Of a stretch of DNA of 64,000 nt, positions 30,881-40,315 are shown piece after piece (position 1 is the stretch's first letter; each line of letters starts with the position of its first letter). The notes under the pieces were generated by a model that was given only the letters and a program-made list of their open reading frames with translations, had not been told where the DNA came from and did not search any database. Origin of the DNA: Methanocorpusculum sp. (lineage in GTDB: Archaea; Halobacteriota; Methanomicrobia; Methanomicrobiales; Methanocorpusculaceae); contig DALTWG010000001.1 in NCBI GenBank assembly GCA_029987245.1, positions 873-64,872 of the forward strand, in the 5' to 3' direction. Both the position numbers and the translations under genes were made by a program.

Positions 30881-32164
30881 ATGCATAAACCAATACTGCA
30901 GGTTGCCCTTGACCTCACCGAAGAAAAGCGCGCCCTGCAAATCGCAGAAGAAGCGGTAAGCGGGGGCGCGGACTGGATTGAAGCCGGAACGCCCCTGATT
31001 AAATCGGAAGGCATGCACGTGGTACGCGCGCTTCGGGCAAAGTTTCCGAAAAATAAAATTGTTGCTGATTTAAAAACATCCGACACCGGCGCACTTGAGG
31101 TGGAAATCGCCGCAAAAGCGGGCGCCGATGTGGTCTGCATTTTAGGCACTGCCGATGATGCAGTCATTTCAGATGCGGTGCGCGGCGCAAATCTCTACGG
31201 TGTAGAATTAATGGCCGATATGATGAATGTCGCCGACCCCGAAAAGCGCGCCAGAGAACTTGCAGCCTTGGGCGTTCATATAATCAATGCGCATGTGGGA
31301 ATCGACCAGCAGATGGAAGGGCGCGACCCCCTCGACCTGCTTGCGCGTATCGGCGGCCTTGGTATAAAAGTCGCCGCGGCAGGCGGCTTGAATAAAAATA
31401 CAGCGCCGGGCGCCGCAAAAGCGGGAGCAGACATTATAATATGCGGCGCCTCGATAATCAAAGCCGCCGATGTAAAAGCCGCGGCAGGCGAAATCCGCGT
31501 TGCTATCGATAACCCTGCTGCAGTGCCGTCCATGCGCAAATCCGTTGATGAAGAAATCCGCGCCCTCTTAAGCCAGGTTTCCGCACCGAACGTCACCGAC
31601 GCCATGTATAGAAAGGGCGCGATGTGCGGGCTTGCCGTATCACACGTACCGAAAAAACTCATCGGGAAAGCGGTGACCGTGCAAACGTTCGGCGGGGACT
31701 GGTCCAAACCCGTGCAGGCAATCGATGTCTGCGGCGAAGGTGATGTGTTAGTCATCAATAATGACGGAAAGACCGATGTCGCGCCCTGGGGCGAACTTGC
31801 CACGCGGTCCGCCCAAAACCGCGGAGTCGCGGGAATTATTATCGACGGCGCGGTCCGCGACTGGGATGACATCATTACCCTTGACATCCCGGTCTATGCC
31901 AAAGCGGTCCAGCCGAATGCCTACGAACCGAAAGGTTTCGGCGAAATAAACGCGGAGATTTCCTGCTGCGGCCAGGAAGTGCGCCCGGGCGACTGGATTA
32001 TCGGCGACCTTTCCGGTGTTGTCGTAATTGCGCGCGAGCGAGCGTATGAAATAGCCCGGCGCGCGGTCGAGGTGCACAAAACAGAAATCCGCATCAGAGA
32101 GGAAATCCGCCGCGGGGGGACGCTTGGAAGCCTTGCAGAGCTCCTGAAATGGGAGAAAAAATAG
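30881..32164 (+). CDS. hxlA: 3-hexulose-6-phosphate synthase fused to RraA/MenG-like domain
   Basis: ILQVALDL, WIEAGTPLIKSEG, VADLKTSDTG, HVGIDQQ. C-terminal APWGELA, IDGAVRD, RPGDWIIGD. Confidence 0.92.
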   Translation: MHKPILQVALDLTEEKRALQIAEEAVSGGADWIEAGTPLIKSEGMHVVRALRAKFPKNKIVADLKTSDTGALEVEIAAKAGADVVCILGTADDAVISDAVRGANLYGVELMADMMNVADPEKRARELAALGVHIINAHVGIDQQMEGRDPLDLLARIGGLGIKVAAAGGLNKNTAPGAAKAGADIIICGASIIKAADVKAAAGEIRVAIDNPAAVPSMRKSVDEEIRALLSQVSAPNVTDAMYRKGAMCGLAVSHVPKKLIGKAVTVQTFGGDWSKPVQAIDVCGEGDVLVINNDGKTDVAPWGELATRSAQNRGVAGIIIDGAVRDWDDIITLDIPVYAKAVQPNAYEPKGFGEINAEISCCGQEVRPGDWIIGDLSGVVVIARERAYEIARRAVEVHKTEIRIREEIRRGGTLGSLAELLKWEKK

Positions 32165-32980
32165 ATGGGCGCAAGAAAGCAGAGCGTAATTTCAGTCAGC
32201 GACCCAAACGACCCGAAGTGCTGGTGCCGTGAAGCGGCAGCCAGGATGGAAAAAGAGGCATACAGTGACGCAATCTACTGTTATGAGCAGGCGGTGCGTT
32301 TTTATCCCAAAGACGACACCTCAAAAGACGCGGCAGATGTCTGGTTTAACATCGGGTCTCTGTATGAAAAAACCGGGCATTTGGACGCCGCAGCAGGCTG
32401 CTTTGCAGCCTGCGCGAATCGGTTTTCCAAAGACTACCGCTTTTATGCAGAACTTGCACGCCTTTATGCCCTTTCCGGAAAAACCGCCGGGGCGCTGGAG
32501 GCGGCTGACAAAGCTTTAGCCATTAATCCTTATTCGGCGCCGGTTCACGCAAATAAGGCAGGATATCTCCTTATGGCAAAAAAGGCGGAGGAGGCGCTCG
32601 GCGAAGCCGAAACCGCGCTCCGCTATGATTCTGCATCGGTTCCGGGATATCTGCACAAGGCAGGTGCGCTGGTTCTGCTTGGAAAAGCAAAGGAGGCCGC
32701 ACGCTTTCTGGAAGAGGTGAACCTCACAGAAGAGCCGCGCGTTCTGCAGACAAAAGCCTCGGTTTATCTCCAGGCACAGGAATTTGCAAACGCGCTTAGA
32801 GCTGCAGAGCGCTATGTGTCCCTGTACGCCGGTGATGACAGGGCATGGAGCTTAAAAGGCGCGGCCCACGCGTATTTAGGCGATAAGGAAAGCGCGGAAA
32901 CGGCGTTTCGAACAGCAATGAAGATTAACCCGAAGGAAAAATCACACAGAGAAAATCTTGCCGCAGTGAAAAAACTCTGA
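32165..32980 (+). CDS. TPR-repeat protein
   Basis: Several TPR-like units (AIYCYEQAVRFYP, AWSLKGAAHAYLG). Confidence 0.8.
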   Translation: MGARKQSVISVSDPNDPKCWCREAAARMEKEAYSDAIYCYEQAVRFYPKDDTSKDAADVWFNIGSLYEKTGHLDAAAGCFAACANRFSKDYRFYAELARLYALSGKTAGALEAADKALAINPYSAPVHANKAGYLLMAKKAEEALGEAETALRYDSASVPGYLHKAGALVLLGKAKEAARFLEEVNLTEEPRVLQTKASVYLQAQEFANALRAAERYVSLYAGDDRAWSLKGAAHAYLGDKESAETAFRTAMKINPKEKSHRENLAAVKKL

Positions 32981-32998
32981 GGGAGTAAAAACCCCCCT

Positions 32999-34873
32999 TC
33001 AAAACAGCCCGAATATTAGATGCAGCAAAGCACCACACACAAGCCCGAGACACACCGTAAACAGCGCGACAATAAGCCCTCTTTTCACCCCGGTTTCACG
33101 AATTAACACCGCAATCGTAGAGATACACGGAATAAACAGCACGCACACCAGCACGAAAATATACAACTGCGGCATCGAAAGAATACTGCCGAAATCAACA
33201 CTGCCCCCTAAATCTGCAAGCGCCGAAATAACCATCTCTTTTCGCAGAATACCAAATAGAAGCGCCGTGAAAGCAAAACCCGGCAGACCAAGGACCGCCA
33301 TGGAAACCGGGTCAATAAACGACTCGAAAATCTCTACCCAGCCAAGATACTCGCATAATCCCAGCGCAACACTGCTTACCAAAATAAGCGGCATCGCAAT
33401 AAACAGGAACTCCTTTACCCGCATCCACGCCTTTTTCACCACATATTTCACCTGCGGGCGCCGAATTTCAGCCATCTCTAAAATCATGCCGTACTGCTCG
33501 CCCGGCGTGATTCTGGAAAGCAGACAGCCAATCACAAACACCAGCAAAAAGACAATGCCGTAAATAGAAAACGCCGCCCCGAAACCGATAAACGAAGCCG
33601 CAACCCCCGAAATAACAACAGTTCGCGCCGAACACGGAAGCATGGTGACCAGAATCGATGCGATAAAACGCTCGCGCTTTGTGGGCAAAAGCCGCACACT
33701 CATAACAGCCGGCACACTGCAGCCGAACGAAAGCACCAGCGGAATAAAACCCTGCCCGTGCAGCCCCATTTTATGCATAAGCCGGTCGGCGAGAAACGCC
33801 GCGCGCGTTAAATATCCTGTGTCCTCCAGAATCGAGATGAAAATGTAGAACAGGAATACGTAGGGAAATGCAATACCAAGACCGGAAATAACCGCTAAGA
33901 TTACCGACTCGCCGAGATTTTCCACCAGCGGATAGAGATTGAGCGACTGAAACGGCTCCAATAAATACGTTTCAAGAAGAGTAGTGATAGCCTCCTCTAA
34001 AAATCCGCCGACGATAAAGACAAAGGCAAGAATCGCCGCCATTATGAGAATCAGAATCGGAATGCCCGGAAACACCCGTGTCAGAAGCGAATCAAAATCC
34101 CGGCGCTTTTTCGGCGGCGCCTCCGAAATCACCGAGGCGGCGATTTCTTTTGCCCGGTTGTGGTGATTTGCCGCGATAATCTGCTCCGGGCTCATCACAT
34201 GATGCTTTTCGATTTCATCGGCAAGAACCGACGTTGTTTCAAAAATCTCCTCATCGACGTTGCCGACGCGAATCCCCTGCAAAGCAAACAGCGCCTCGGC
34301 GGCGGAAATACCGTGGAATTTCTGCAGATTGTGCACCGCCGCTTCAATATGCCCCTCGAACCGGGAGACAAAATTGGGCGCATTTACCGTGCCGGAAAGA
34401 ATTATTTCTGCAATTTTATCCAGGTTTTTGCCCTCGGTACCCACGGTTTCAATCACCGGCGCGCCGAAAATCTCCGTAAGTTTCTCCGTATCAATAACAA
34501 TGCCGGAACTTTTTGCCTCGTCTGCCATATTTAAGACGACTAAAAGCGGCTTTCCAATATCAGACGCCTGCAAAAGGAGATAGAGATTGCGCTCCAGGTG
34601 GTGCGCGTCCAACACGACTACAATCAAATCAGGATTTTCATTTACCAGATACTCCCGCACCATCGACTCTTCCGGCGTATGACCGGAAAGCGAATAAATG
34701 CCCGGCAAATCGATTAAATCAAACTCGCTGTTGCCAAAATGGACATGTCCTTTCTGCAGACCGACTGTAGTCCCCGGATAATTGCTTACATCGACACCAA
34801 GCCCTGTCAGCTGATTGAAAATCAGCGACTTGCCCACACTTGGATTGCCTATCAGAACCGCGGTTGGAATCAT
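32999..34873 (-). CDS. feoB: Ferrous iron transporter B
   Basis: GNPSVGKS, NYPGTTV, DLPGIYSL, LERNL, LNMAD, LEDTGYL, FGCSVPA, PCSAR. Confidence 0.96.
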   Translation of the reverse strand: MIPTAVLIGNPSVGKSLIFNQLTGLGVDVSNYPGTTVGLQKGHVHFGNSEFDLIDLPGIYSLSGHTPEESMVREYLVNENPDLIVVVLDAHHLERNLYLLLQASDIGKPLLVVLNMADEAKSSGIVIDTEKLTEIFGAPVIETVGTEGKNLDKIAEIILSGTVNAPNFVSRFEGHIEAAVHNLQKFHGISAAEALFALQGIRVGNVDEEIFETTSVLADEIEKHHVMSPEQIIAANHHNRAKEIAASVISEAPPKKRRDFDSLLTRVFPGIPILILIMAAILAFVFIVGGFLEEAITTLLETYLLEPFQSLNLYPLVENLGESVILAVISGLGIAFPYVFLFYIFISILEDTGYLTRAAFLADRLMHKMGLHGQGFIPLVLSFGCSVPAVMSVRLLPTKRERFIASILVTMLPCSARTVVISGVAASFIGFGAAFSIYGIVFLLVFVIGCLLSRITPGEQYGMILEMAEIRRPQVKYVVKKAWMRVKEFLFIAMPLILVSSVALGLCEYLGWVEIFESFIDPVSMAVLGLPGFAFTALLFGILRKEMVISALADLGGSVDFGSILSMPQLYIFVLVCVLFIPCISTIAVLIRETGVKRGLIVALFTVCLGLVCGALLHLIFGLF

Positions 34874-35490
34874 TTCTGATTGCACCGCTCAACCATGATA
34901 TTGGAGGCAATCTCCGGACTTAATGCAATATCGCAGCCCTTTACCCTGATAACCACTGATTTGTTGGAGAGTTTGCGCTTTAATTCGATGAGCTCGCCCG
35001 GGATAATACCCATATCAATCAGCCGCGAGTGTTTTGCAAACTCCTTAATCATAGACACATGCAAAAGCGAGCCTTCCGGGCACTCGTCCAGACAGATTAC
35101 CGGATTCTGCGCGGTGAGTTTTTCATGGCCGGTTGCTTTTTGCCCGAGCATCGAATGAATCCGGTTGATTGTCTCCGTAGTTATACTGTGTTCCAGAACG
35201 GAAGCCTCTTTGGTAGCCGCATCCGGATTCTTGCCAAGAATCTCCGTCAGGAAACTTTCCAGCACAGCGTGTTTGCGCGCAATCGACTCCGCCTTGCGCC
35301 GCCCTTTTTCTATCAGTTTCCACCCGCGCGCGCACGCCGCGATATAGCCCTCGCGCGCAAGGTGAGTGAATGCCTTCTTTTTGTCACCTGCATCCGCGCG
35401 GTGCTCCAGCTTCAGTTCCGACTCGGCCACGCCGTCTTCGCCGGCGGCGAGCATACTTTCCAGGATATCCTCTTCCAGTTCCGTGGTCAA
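34870..35490 (-). CDS. DtxR/MntR-type metal-dependent regulator with C-terminal FeoA domain
   Basis: RKHAVLESFL...EASVLEH dimerisation motif, RLIDMGIIPG...IALS FeoA/SH3 domain. Overlaps the feoB start. Confidence 0.88.
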   Translation of the reverse strand: MTTELEEDILESMLAAGEDGVAESELKLEHRADAGDKKKAFTHLAREGYIAACARGWKLIEKGRRKAESIARKHAVLESFLTEILGKNPDAATKEASVLEHSITTETINRIHSMLGQKATGHEKLTAQNPVICLDECPEGSLLHVSMIKEFAKHSRLIDMGIIPGELIELKRKLSNKSVVIRVKGCDIALSPEIASNIMVERCNQK

Positions 35491-35495
35491 AGAAA

Positions 35496-36170
35496 TCAGC
35501 CCCTCAGTTTATCAAGGAGCGATTTCGGCTGGTCAGAACCCGCGCAGGTGTCTTTAAAGCGGCAGTTTTCACAGGCGGCGCCCCGCTTGGTAAGCGGAAT
35601 TTCGCCGCGCTGGATTTTTTCCATGGTTTTTAACAGTTCCAGGAAGGTGCGTTTGTCTGACGCCGTAATCGAAAGGTTGCGCGTTTCGCCGCTTCCGAGA
35701 TATTCCACGCTCGGATGCATGTTTTTGCCGAAGAGCTCATTCAGGCATATCGCATAGCAGGTTGCCTGCACACGATTTGCAAAATATACCCCCCGCTCCG
35801 GCGCGCGCCCCGCTTTGATGATGGCAAATCCCTCGGCAAACCGGCGGTCGACGCGCCCGAATATATTGTATTTGTCTGATCTGACAAGACAGTCGTTTTC
35901 CTCTGCCGCGCGCCATTTGTGCTTTCCGCACTGAATTAAGAGCTCTTTTAAGATGGGCTTTGCCTCTTCTATTTGCTCCGGCGCGACAAGCTTAAGTTCC
36001 TCGAGAATTTCTTCTTCATCCAGGCGCGCGCCCAGGTGATAGGAGATCTGCTTGGCTACGGTGTAGGAAAGTTTTTCGGGGTATTCTTCCTCTGATTTGG
36101 CAAGATAGACTTGCATCGGGCAGATACTGCATGTTACAATATCCGATATGGAAATAGGTATGTCTGACAT
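35496..36170 (-). CDS. Solo Dna2/Cas4-like Fe-S nuclease-fold protein
   Basis: N-terminal CP, GRVD, QATCY (QxxxY), C-terminal CENCRFKDTC. No other cas genes in the window. Confidence 0.78.
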   Translation of the reverse strand: MSDIPISISDIVTCSICPMQVYLAKSEEEYPEKLSYTVAKQISYHLGARLDEEEILEELKLVAPEQIEEAKPILKELLIQCGKHKWRAAEENDCLVRSDKYNIFGRVDRRFAEGFAIIKAGRAPERGVYFANRVQATCYAICLNELFGKNMHPSVEYLGSGETRNLSITASDKRTFLELLKTMEKIQRGEIPLTKRGAACENCRFKDTCAGSDQPKSLLDKLRG

Positions 36171-36214
36171 ATAGAAACTATAAACATAAATTTGCCGCCA
36201 ACCTTATAATACTT

Positions 36215-36505
36215 ATGAAAAACAATGAAATCAATGTCCAGATTCCGCCGACACTTGACCCGGTGTATAGTAACATGATTCAAATTGCGTTCAAGGATGA
36301 CGAGTTTACCATGCTGTTTTTACATCAGCTCCCTTCAGTAAATCAGGCGAAAGCAAAGGCGATTGTCTCTATTTCGCCGCAGCATGCCAAAAAGCTTCTT
36401 GCCGCGCTCGAGAAAAGCGTCTCGGATTACGAGGCGAAGTTCGGGTCCATCGCGCACGGGGAGAAGAAGGACGGCGAGAGTTTTGCCCTGCAGGGTTACT
36501 CATAA
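36215..36505 (+). CDS. DUF3467-like small protein
   Basis: PVYSNMIQI...EFTMLF...SPQHAKKLLAALEKSVSDYEAKFG pattern. Confidence 0.8.
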   Translation: MKNNEINVQIPPTLDPVYSNMIQIAFKDDEFTMLFLHQLPSVNQAKAKAIVSISPQHAKKLLAALEKSVSDYEAKFGSIAHGEKKDGESFALQGYS

Positions 36506-36545
36506 CTTATTTATTTTCGTACGGTCAATTAAGTAAGGCAATAAT

Positions 36546-36617
36546 GCCGTTGTGGCTTAGCGGTATAGCGGCTGATTCGTAATCAGCAGGCCGAGGGTTC
36601 AAGTCCCTCCAGCGGCT
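36546..36617 (+). tRNA. tRNA-Thr(CGU)
   Basis: GCCGTTG/CAGCGGC acceptor, GCTGA-TT-CGT-AA-TCAGC, GGTTCAAGTCC. Confidence 0.95.
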
Positions 36618-36753
36618 TAAAGATGTAAATTTCTTAATCCCTTTCGTTTTTACGGTTTTAATCCTCTATTCTGTCTTCTTTTGGGCAGGCTTTGTTTCCA
36701 TTTTATTCGCAGTTATCCGTAACATTTTATCTTTTGTCGACCAATATTTCTGT

Positions 36754-37707
36754 ATGAAAGTGAAAGCAGTTCTTATGTGCGCGGCAGTGCTTTTGTGTGC
36801 CGCGGCGCTGTGCGGCGCGGCATGTGCAAATTCCTACATAATTTTTCCTTACACCAACATAGCAGAGTACAACAGCGAACTGCATGCGGGCGATGTGCTT
36901 GCAATGATTAACAATGACGGTCAAACAGATATTACGCTTTCAGGAAGCGGCAATATGGTCTATTTTGCAACGACCAATTTTGTACCGGGCGATTATTCAA
37001 AAAGCATTGCCGGTGCAAAGACGCAGACCTACCGGGTGAGCAAACCGGATGCAAGAATCAATATCCAGATTTACGATGTTTCCGGTTCCGAGCTTGCAAA
37101 TTCGCACGGGGTTTCACTGGACCAGGGGCTTGTATTCAAGGTGACGCCTTACATCTCCCAGCTTCCGCCCAAGGCGCTTGTGTTTGAAACACCTGACGGC
37201 GGTTCCAGCACCTTTTTCGGCAATCTGAACACAGCGGTCGGCACCAGCACCGGTCTGCAGAAACAGGCGGACGGGAGTTACGTGTTTACAGTGGAAAATC
37301 TGCGCGAGGCAGGGGTGAAAAAGGGCGAATGGGATGTACGCGTGCTCTTCGACCGGTCTTCGTTCATCGGGGGAAGTGTGCCGGACCAGTTTTTGAAGAG
37401 TTCATCCTACAATGAGCAGATGTCAGGTTCTTCCTATGTTTCGCAGACGTATAAGATGGACCCGGTTCTGATTAAAACCGTGACGCCGACGCCGGTTAAG
37501 ACGCAGACACCGGTTAAAACACCAACACCGACATCAACACCAACACCGACACCGACAGCTACACCAACACCGACGCCGGTTCCCACACCGGAATATACTG
37601 AAACTGTCCCAGTAGAACAGACGACAGCGGCTGCCGCATCCCCTCTACCGGTATTCGGGCTCCTTGCAGGACTCGGCCTTGCGGTGTTTTGGATGAGAAA
37701 AGAGTAA
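36754..37707 (+). CDS. Secreted cell-surface protein with Thr/Pro linker and C-terminal sorting/anchor signal
   Basis: Signal peptide, (TP)n tract, SPLPVFGLLAGLGLAVFWMRKE tail (motif-TM-basic). Confidence 0.8.
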   Translation: MKVKAVLMCAAVLLCAAALCGAACANSYIIFPYTNIAEYNSELHAGDVLAMINNDGQTDITLSGSGNMVYFATTNFVPGDYSKSIAGAKTQTYRVSKPDARINIQIYDVSGSELANSHGVSLDQGLVFKVTPYISQLPPKALVFETPDGGSSTFFGNLNTAVGTSTGLQKQADGSYVFTVENLREAGVKKGEWDVRVLFDRSSFIGGSVPDQFLKSSSYNEQMSGSSYVSQTYKMDPVLIKTVTPTPVKTQTPVKTPTPTSTPTPTPTATPTPTPVPTPEYTETVPVEQTTAAAASPLPVFGLLAGLGLAVFWMRKE

Positions 37708-37718
37708 TTTTTTTCCGC

Positions 37719-38525
37719 TCAGGGCGACACCGCACTGCCCAGACTATCCGCCATCGCCGCAAGCTCTTCCAGCGACCCGTGCTCGCAGTTATCCATAGTA
37801 AGCGGCGTAACAGACACATACCCCTCCCGCAGCGCGACTACGTCGGACTTTGCATCACACACCGGATTTTCCGCGCCGCAAATCCAGTAGTACGGCTTTC
37901 CCCGCGGGTCGATGCGCTCCTCCACCGTTGTATCAAAAAACCGCGCGCCAAGATGCGTTACCCGGTACCCCTTGATTTTTTTCCCCGGGATATTGACATT
38001 AATGAGATGCGTGTTTTTGGGGAACGGATGCGTTAAGAAATACCGCACAACAGTTGACACAACCTCTTTTACCTGACTGAAATCAATTACATGCTCCCGC
38101 GGGTCGGTGAACTTTTCCCCGTCGGAGTGCATCTCCATGGAAAAAGCAATCGAAGGCACCCCCTGGTTGGCCGCCTCCATCGCAGCACCGATGGTGCCCG
38201 AGGTGGTGACCGACTCAAACGTGATATTTTCCCCGAGATTTACCCCCGATACCGCAAGGTCGAACGGTTTTTTCAGACCGTGAATGCCTAAAATCGCACA
38301 GTCAGTCGGCCGGCCGGAAACCACATACGCCTCGCGGCCTCCCGCCGTGACCTTATTCATCCGAAGCGGCTCGAAAATCGAAATCGACCGCCCCACCCCG
38401 CTCTGCTGGACCGCGGGCGAGACCACGGTTACATCCGCGAATGCGGACATGGCATCATAGGCGGCCCACAGCCCCCCGGAGTTTACCCCGTCATCATTGA
38501 CCAAAAGAATCTGCGGCCGCGTCAT
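37719..38525 (-). CDS. surE: 5'/3'-nucleotidase SurE
   Basis: ILLVNDDG, QSGVGRSIS, GRPTDC, SGVNLGEN, SGTIGAAME, NVNIP, VSVTPL. Confidence 0.96.
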   Translation of the reverse strand: MTRPQILLVNDDGVNSGGLWAAYDAMSAFADVTVVSPAVQQSGVGRSISIFEPLRMNKVTAGGREAYVVSGRPTDCAILGIHGLKKPFDLAVSGVNLGENITFESVTTSGTIGAAMEAANQGVPSIAFSMEMHSDGEKFTDPREHVIDFSQVKEVVSTVVRYFLTHPFPKNTHLINVNIPGKKIKGYRVTHLGARFFDTTVEERIDPRGKPYYWICGAENPVCDAKSDVVALREGYVSVTPLTMDNCEHGSLEELAAMADSLGSAVSP

Positions 38526-38529
38526 CTTT

Positions 38530-39513
38530 TCACCAGAGAACCGCCCCGTGATTCTGCGCCTTTGTAACGATTACCTCGCCGTCGTCGCCCAAAAGGTCTT
38601 TAGTCGCCTGCACAATATCCCGGTTGTCCTTGTCAAAGACCGTAAAGACACTGGGCCCGAGCGAGGAAAGACCCACGCCGTAAGCACCGGCGGCCCGCAT
38701 GTCATTCATCAGTTTTGTTACCGCCGGGGGCTGAAGCTGCAGTTCCAGCTTGTTGAACGCGGTCGTCTGAATCATATCCAGCGCATAACTGAATCCCTCC
38801 AGGTCATGCTCGATGACAAACGGAACCATGTTCATAAACACGATGTGCGACATCTGCTCCACTTCAGCCTTCGGCAGCGGGCAGTAATCCCGGAAGATAT
38901 TGAGCTCCTCTTTTCCGCTGTAGCAGGTTCCCTGATGCGGCACGGCCAAAAGAACCTCCCAGTCCTCCGGGAACGCATACCGCCCCAAAAGCACCGGGGG
39001 CTTTGCATCAGATGCCGAAGAGGGGCGAAACGTTGCTTTCTCTTTAAGAGAATGGCCGCCGTCTATAATAAAGCCGCCCATATCAAAGGCATACGTGCCG
39101 ATACCAGACGTCCCCCCGCGCCCTACAATGCAGGCAAGCTCATAACTCGAAAAATGCCTTCCGGCCGACTCGCTCACCAGCTTTCCGGCGGCAAGCGCCA
39201 TTTGCGTCCCGGACCCGAGCCCCGAATGGGCCGGATAGGTCTGATGCACAGTAAAATGGAATCCTTCTTCAAGGCCCAGATGCGCTGCCATATTCTGCGC
39301 GCCGGATAGAACTTTTTTCTCTGCGGCGGCTTTCTGAACAGCGTCGGTGACGCCCGGCGCAAACTCTATCGAAATGCCGCGGTCGGCCGGCTCCGACTCC
39401 AGAATGAAGGCCGGTTCTGCAAGGGTAAGTCCCGCGCCCCCGTCTACTCTTTTATAGGAGCCGTTTAAGTCGATTAAGACAATATGCAGCCTGGAAGGTG
39501 TTTTAATCAGCAT
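38530..39513 (-). CDS. mptG: Beta-ribofuranosylaminobenzene 5'-phosphate (RFAP) synthase, methanopterin biosynthesis
   Basis: TPSRLHIVLIDLNG...RVDGGAG, HSGLGSGTQ (GHMP), GRGGTSGIG, GGFIIDGGH, GLSSLGP. Confidence 0.9.
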   Translation of the reverse strand: MLIKTPSRLHIVLIDLNGSYKRVDGGAGLTLAEPAFILESEPADRGISIEFAPGVTDAVQKAAAEKKVLSGAQNMAAHLGLEEGFHFTVHQTYPAHSGLGSGTQMALAAGKLVSESAGRHFSSYELACIVGRGGTSGIGTYAFDMGGFIIDGGHSLKEKATFRPSSASDAKPPVLLGRYAFPEDWEVLLAVPHQGTCYSGKEELNIFRDYCPLPKAEVEQMSHIVFMNMVPFVIEHDLEGFSYALDMIQTTAFNKLELQLQPPAVTKLMNDMRAAGAYGVGLSSLGPSVFTVFDKDNRDIVQATKDLLGDDGEVIVTKAQNHGAVLW

Positions 39514-39558
39514 GCGCGCCCTCCTGCCGCGCTGCGGCCGCGCTTTGCAGAGAAACGG

Positions 39559-40227
39559 TTAGTAGAGGACATAGTATTCGGTCACCAGGTTTGCGCCGTA
39601 CATCTGTGTTTTCTGTAAGTCAAGTTTAATCATGTCATTTTCCGAGCAGATAGGCATTCCGCCGACAAGAGACGGCGTATCCGCACCCCCAACAATAAAA
39701 GGCATGTGGATAAGGCGGATTTCGTCAACGAGTTTATGCTGGAGCATGTGCCAGTTTAAGGTCGGACCCCCTTCGATGATGAGTTTTTTCACGCCGAAGT
39801 CGCGGCAGAGTATGTCCATGAGCAGCACAAAATCCACCTGTTTTTCGCCGCACTCGACCACGGTGACGCCTTTCTTTTGAAACGCCTCAATGCGCTCTTT
39901 GGGCGCTTCGCGGCTTACTGCAAGAACGGTTGCCGCGGCGCTCGTGTCAAAGACGTTTGAGTCCAGCGGCAAATCCGCGCGGCTGTTCGGGATTACCCGA
40001 AGCGGGCTTTTCCCGGGGACGAGCCGCACGGTTAAAAAGGAGTTGTCGATGCGGATGGTGGATGAGCCGACCATGATGGCGTCATACTCCGCGCGTGTTT
40101 CATGGAGCAGGATTTCTGCTTCATGCGACATGTGTTTCATCAGTATTTTGCTGGATATGCCTTTTCCAAGCGTCAGTTTGCCGTCGGCGGTTATTTCTGA
40201 TATCATTAAGACATGGGGTTTTTGCAT
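39559..40227 (-). CDS. RibD C-terminal / dihydrofolate-reductase-fold reductase
   Basis: TADGKL, RAEYDAIMVG..T..IDN, LIIEGGPTLN, LVDEI. Confidence 0.85.
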   Translation of the reverse strand: MQKPHVLMISEITADGKLTLGKGISSKILMKHMSHEAEILLHETRAEYDAIMVGSSTIRIDNSFLTVRLVPGKSPLRVIPNSRADLPLDSNVFDTSAAATVLAVSREAPKERIEAFQKKGVTVVECGEKQVDFVLLMDILCRDFGVKKLIIEGGPTLNWHMLQHKLVDEIRLIHMPFIVGGADTPSLVGGMPICSENDMIKLDLQKTQMYGANLVTEYYVLY

Positions 40228-40315
40228 AGGCGGTTTACCTTTCCTTTGATATATGTTGAAGATAATATACTATATTAGCATTCTATCAATAAAATAATTT
40301 CAGGAAGTGCGGGGC

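Noticed and set aside
30829..31167. N-terminal extension of the GDPD ORF
   Set aside because: Antisense shadow of hxlA. The real start is MNIVPLVV.
35496..36170. Cas4-like gene as a CRISPR-Cas locus
   Set aside because: No cas1/cas2, effector genes or array in the window.
37480..37590. ACACCR hexamer repeats
   Set aside because: Ordinary coding Thr-Pro linker of a surface protein.
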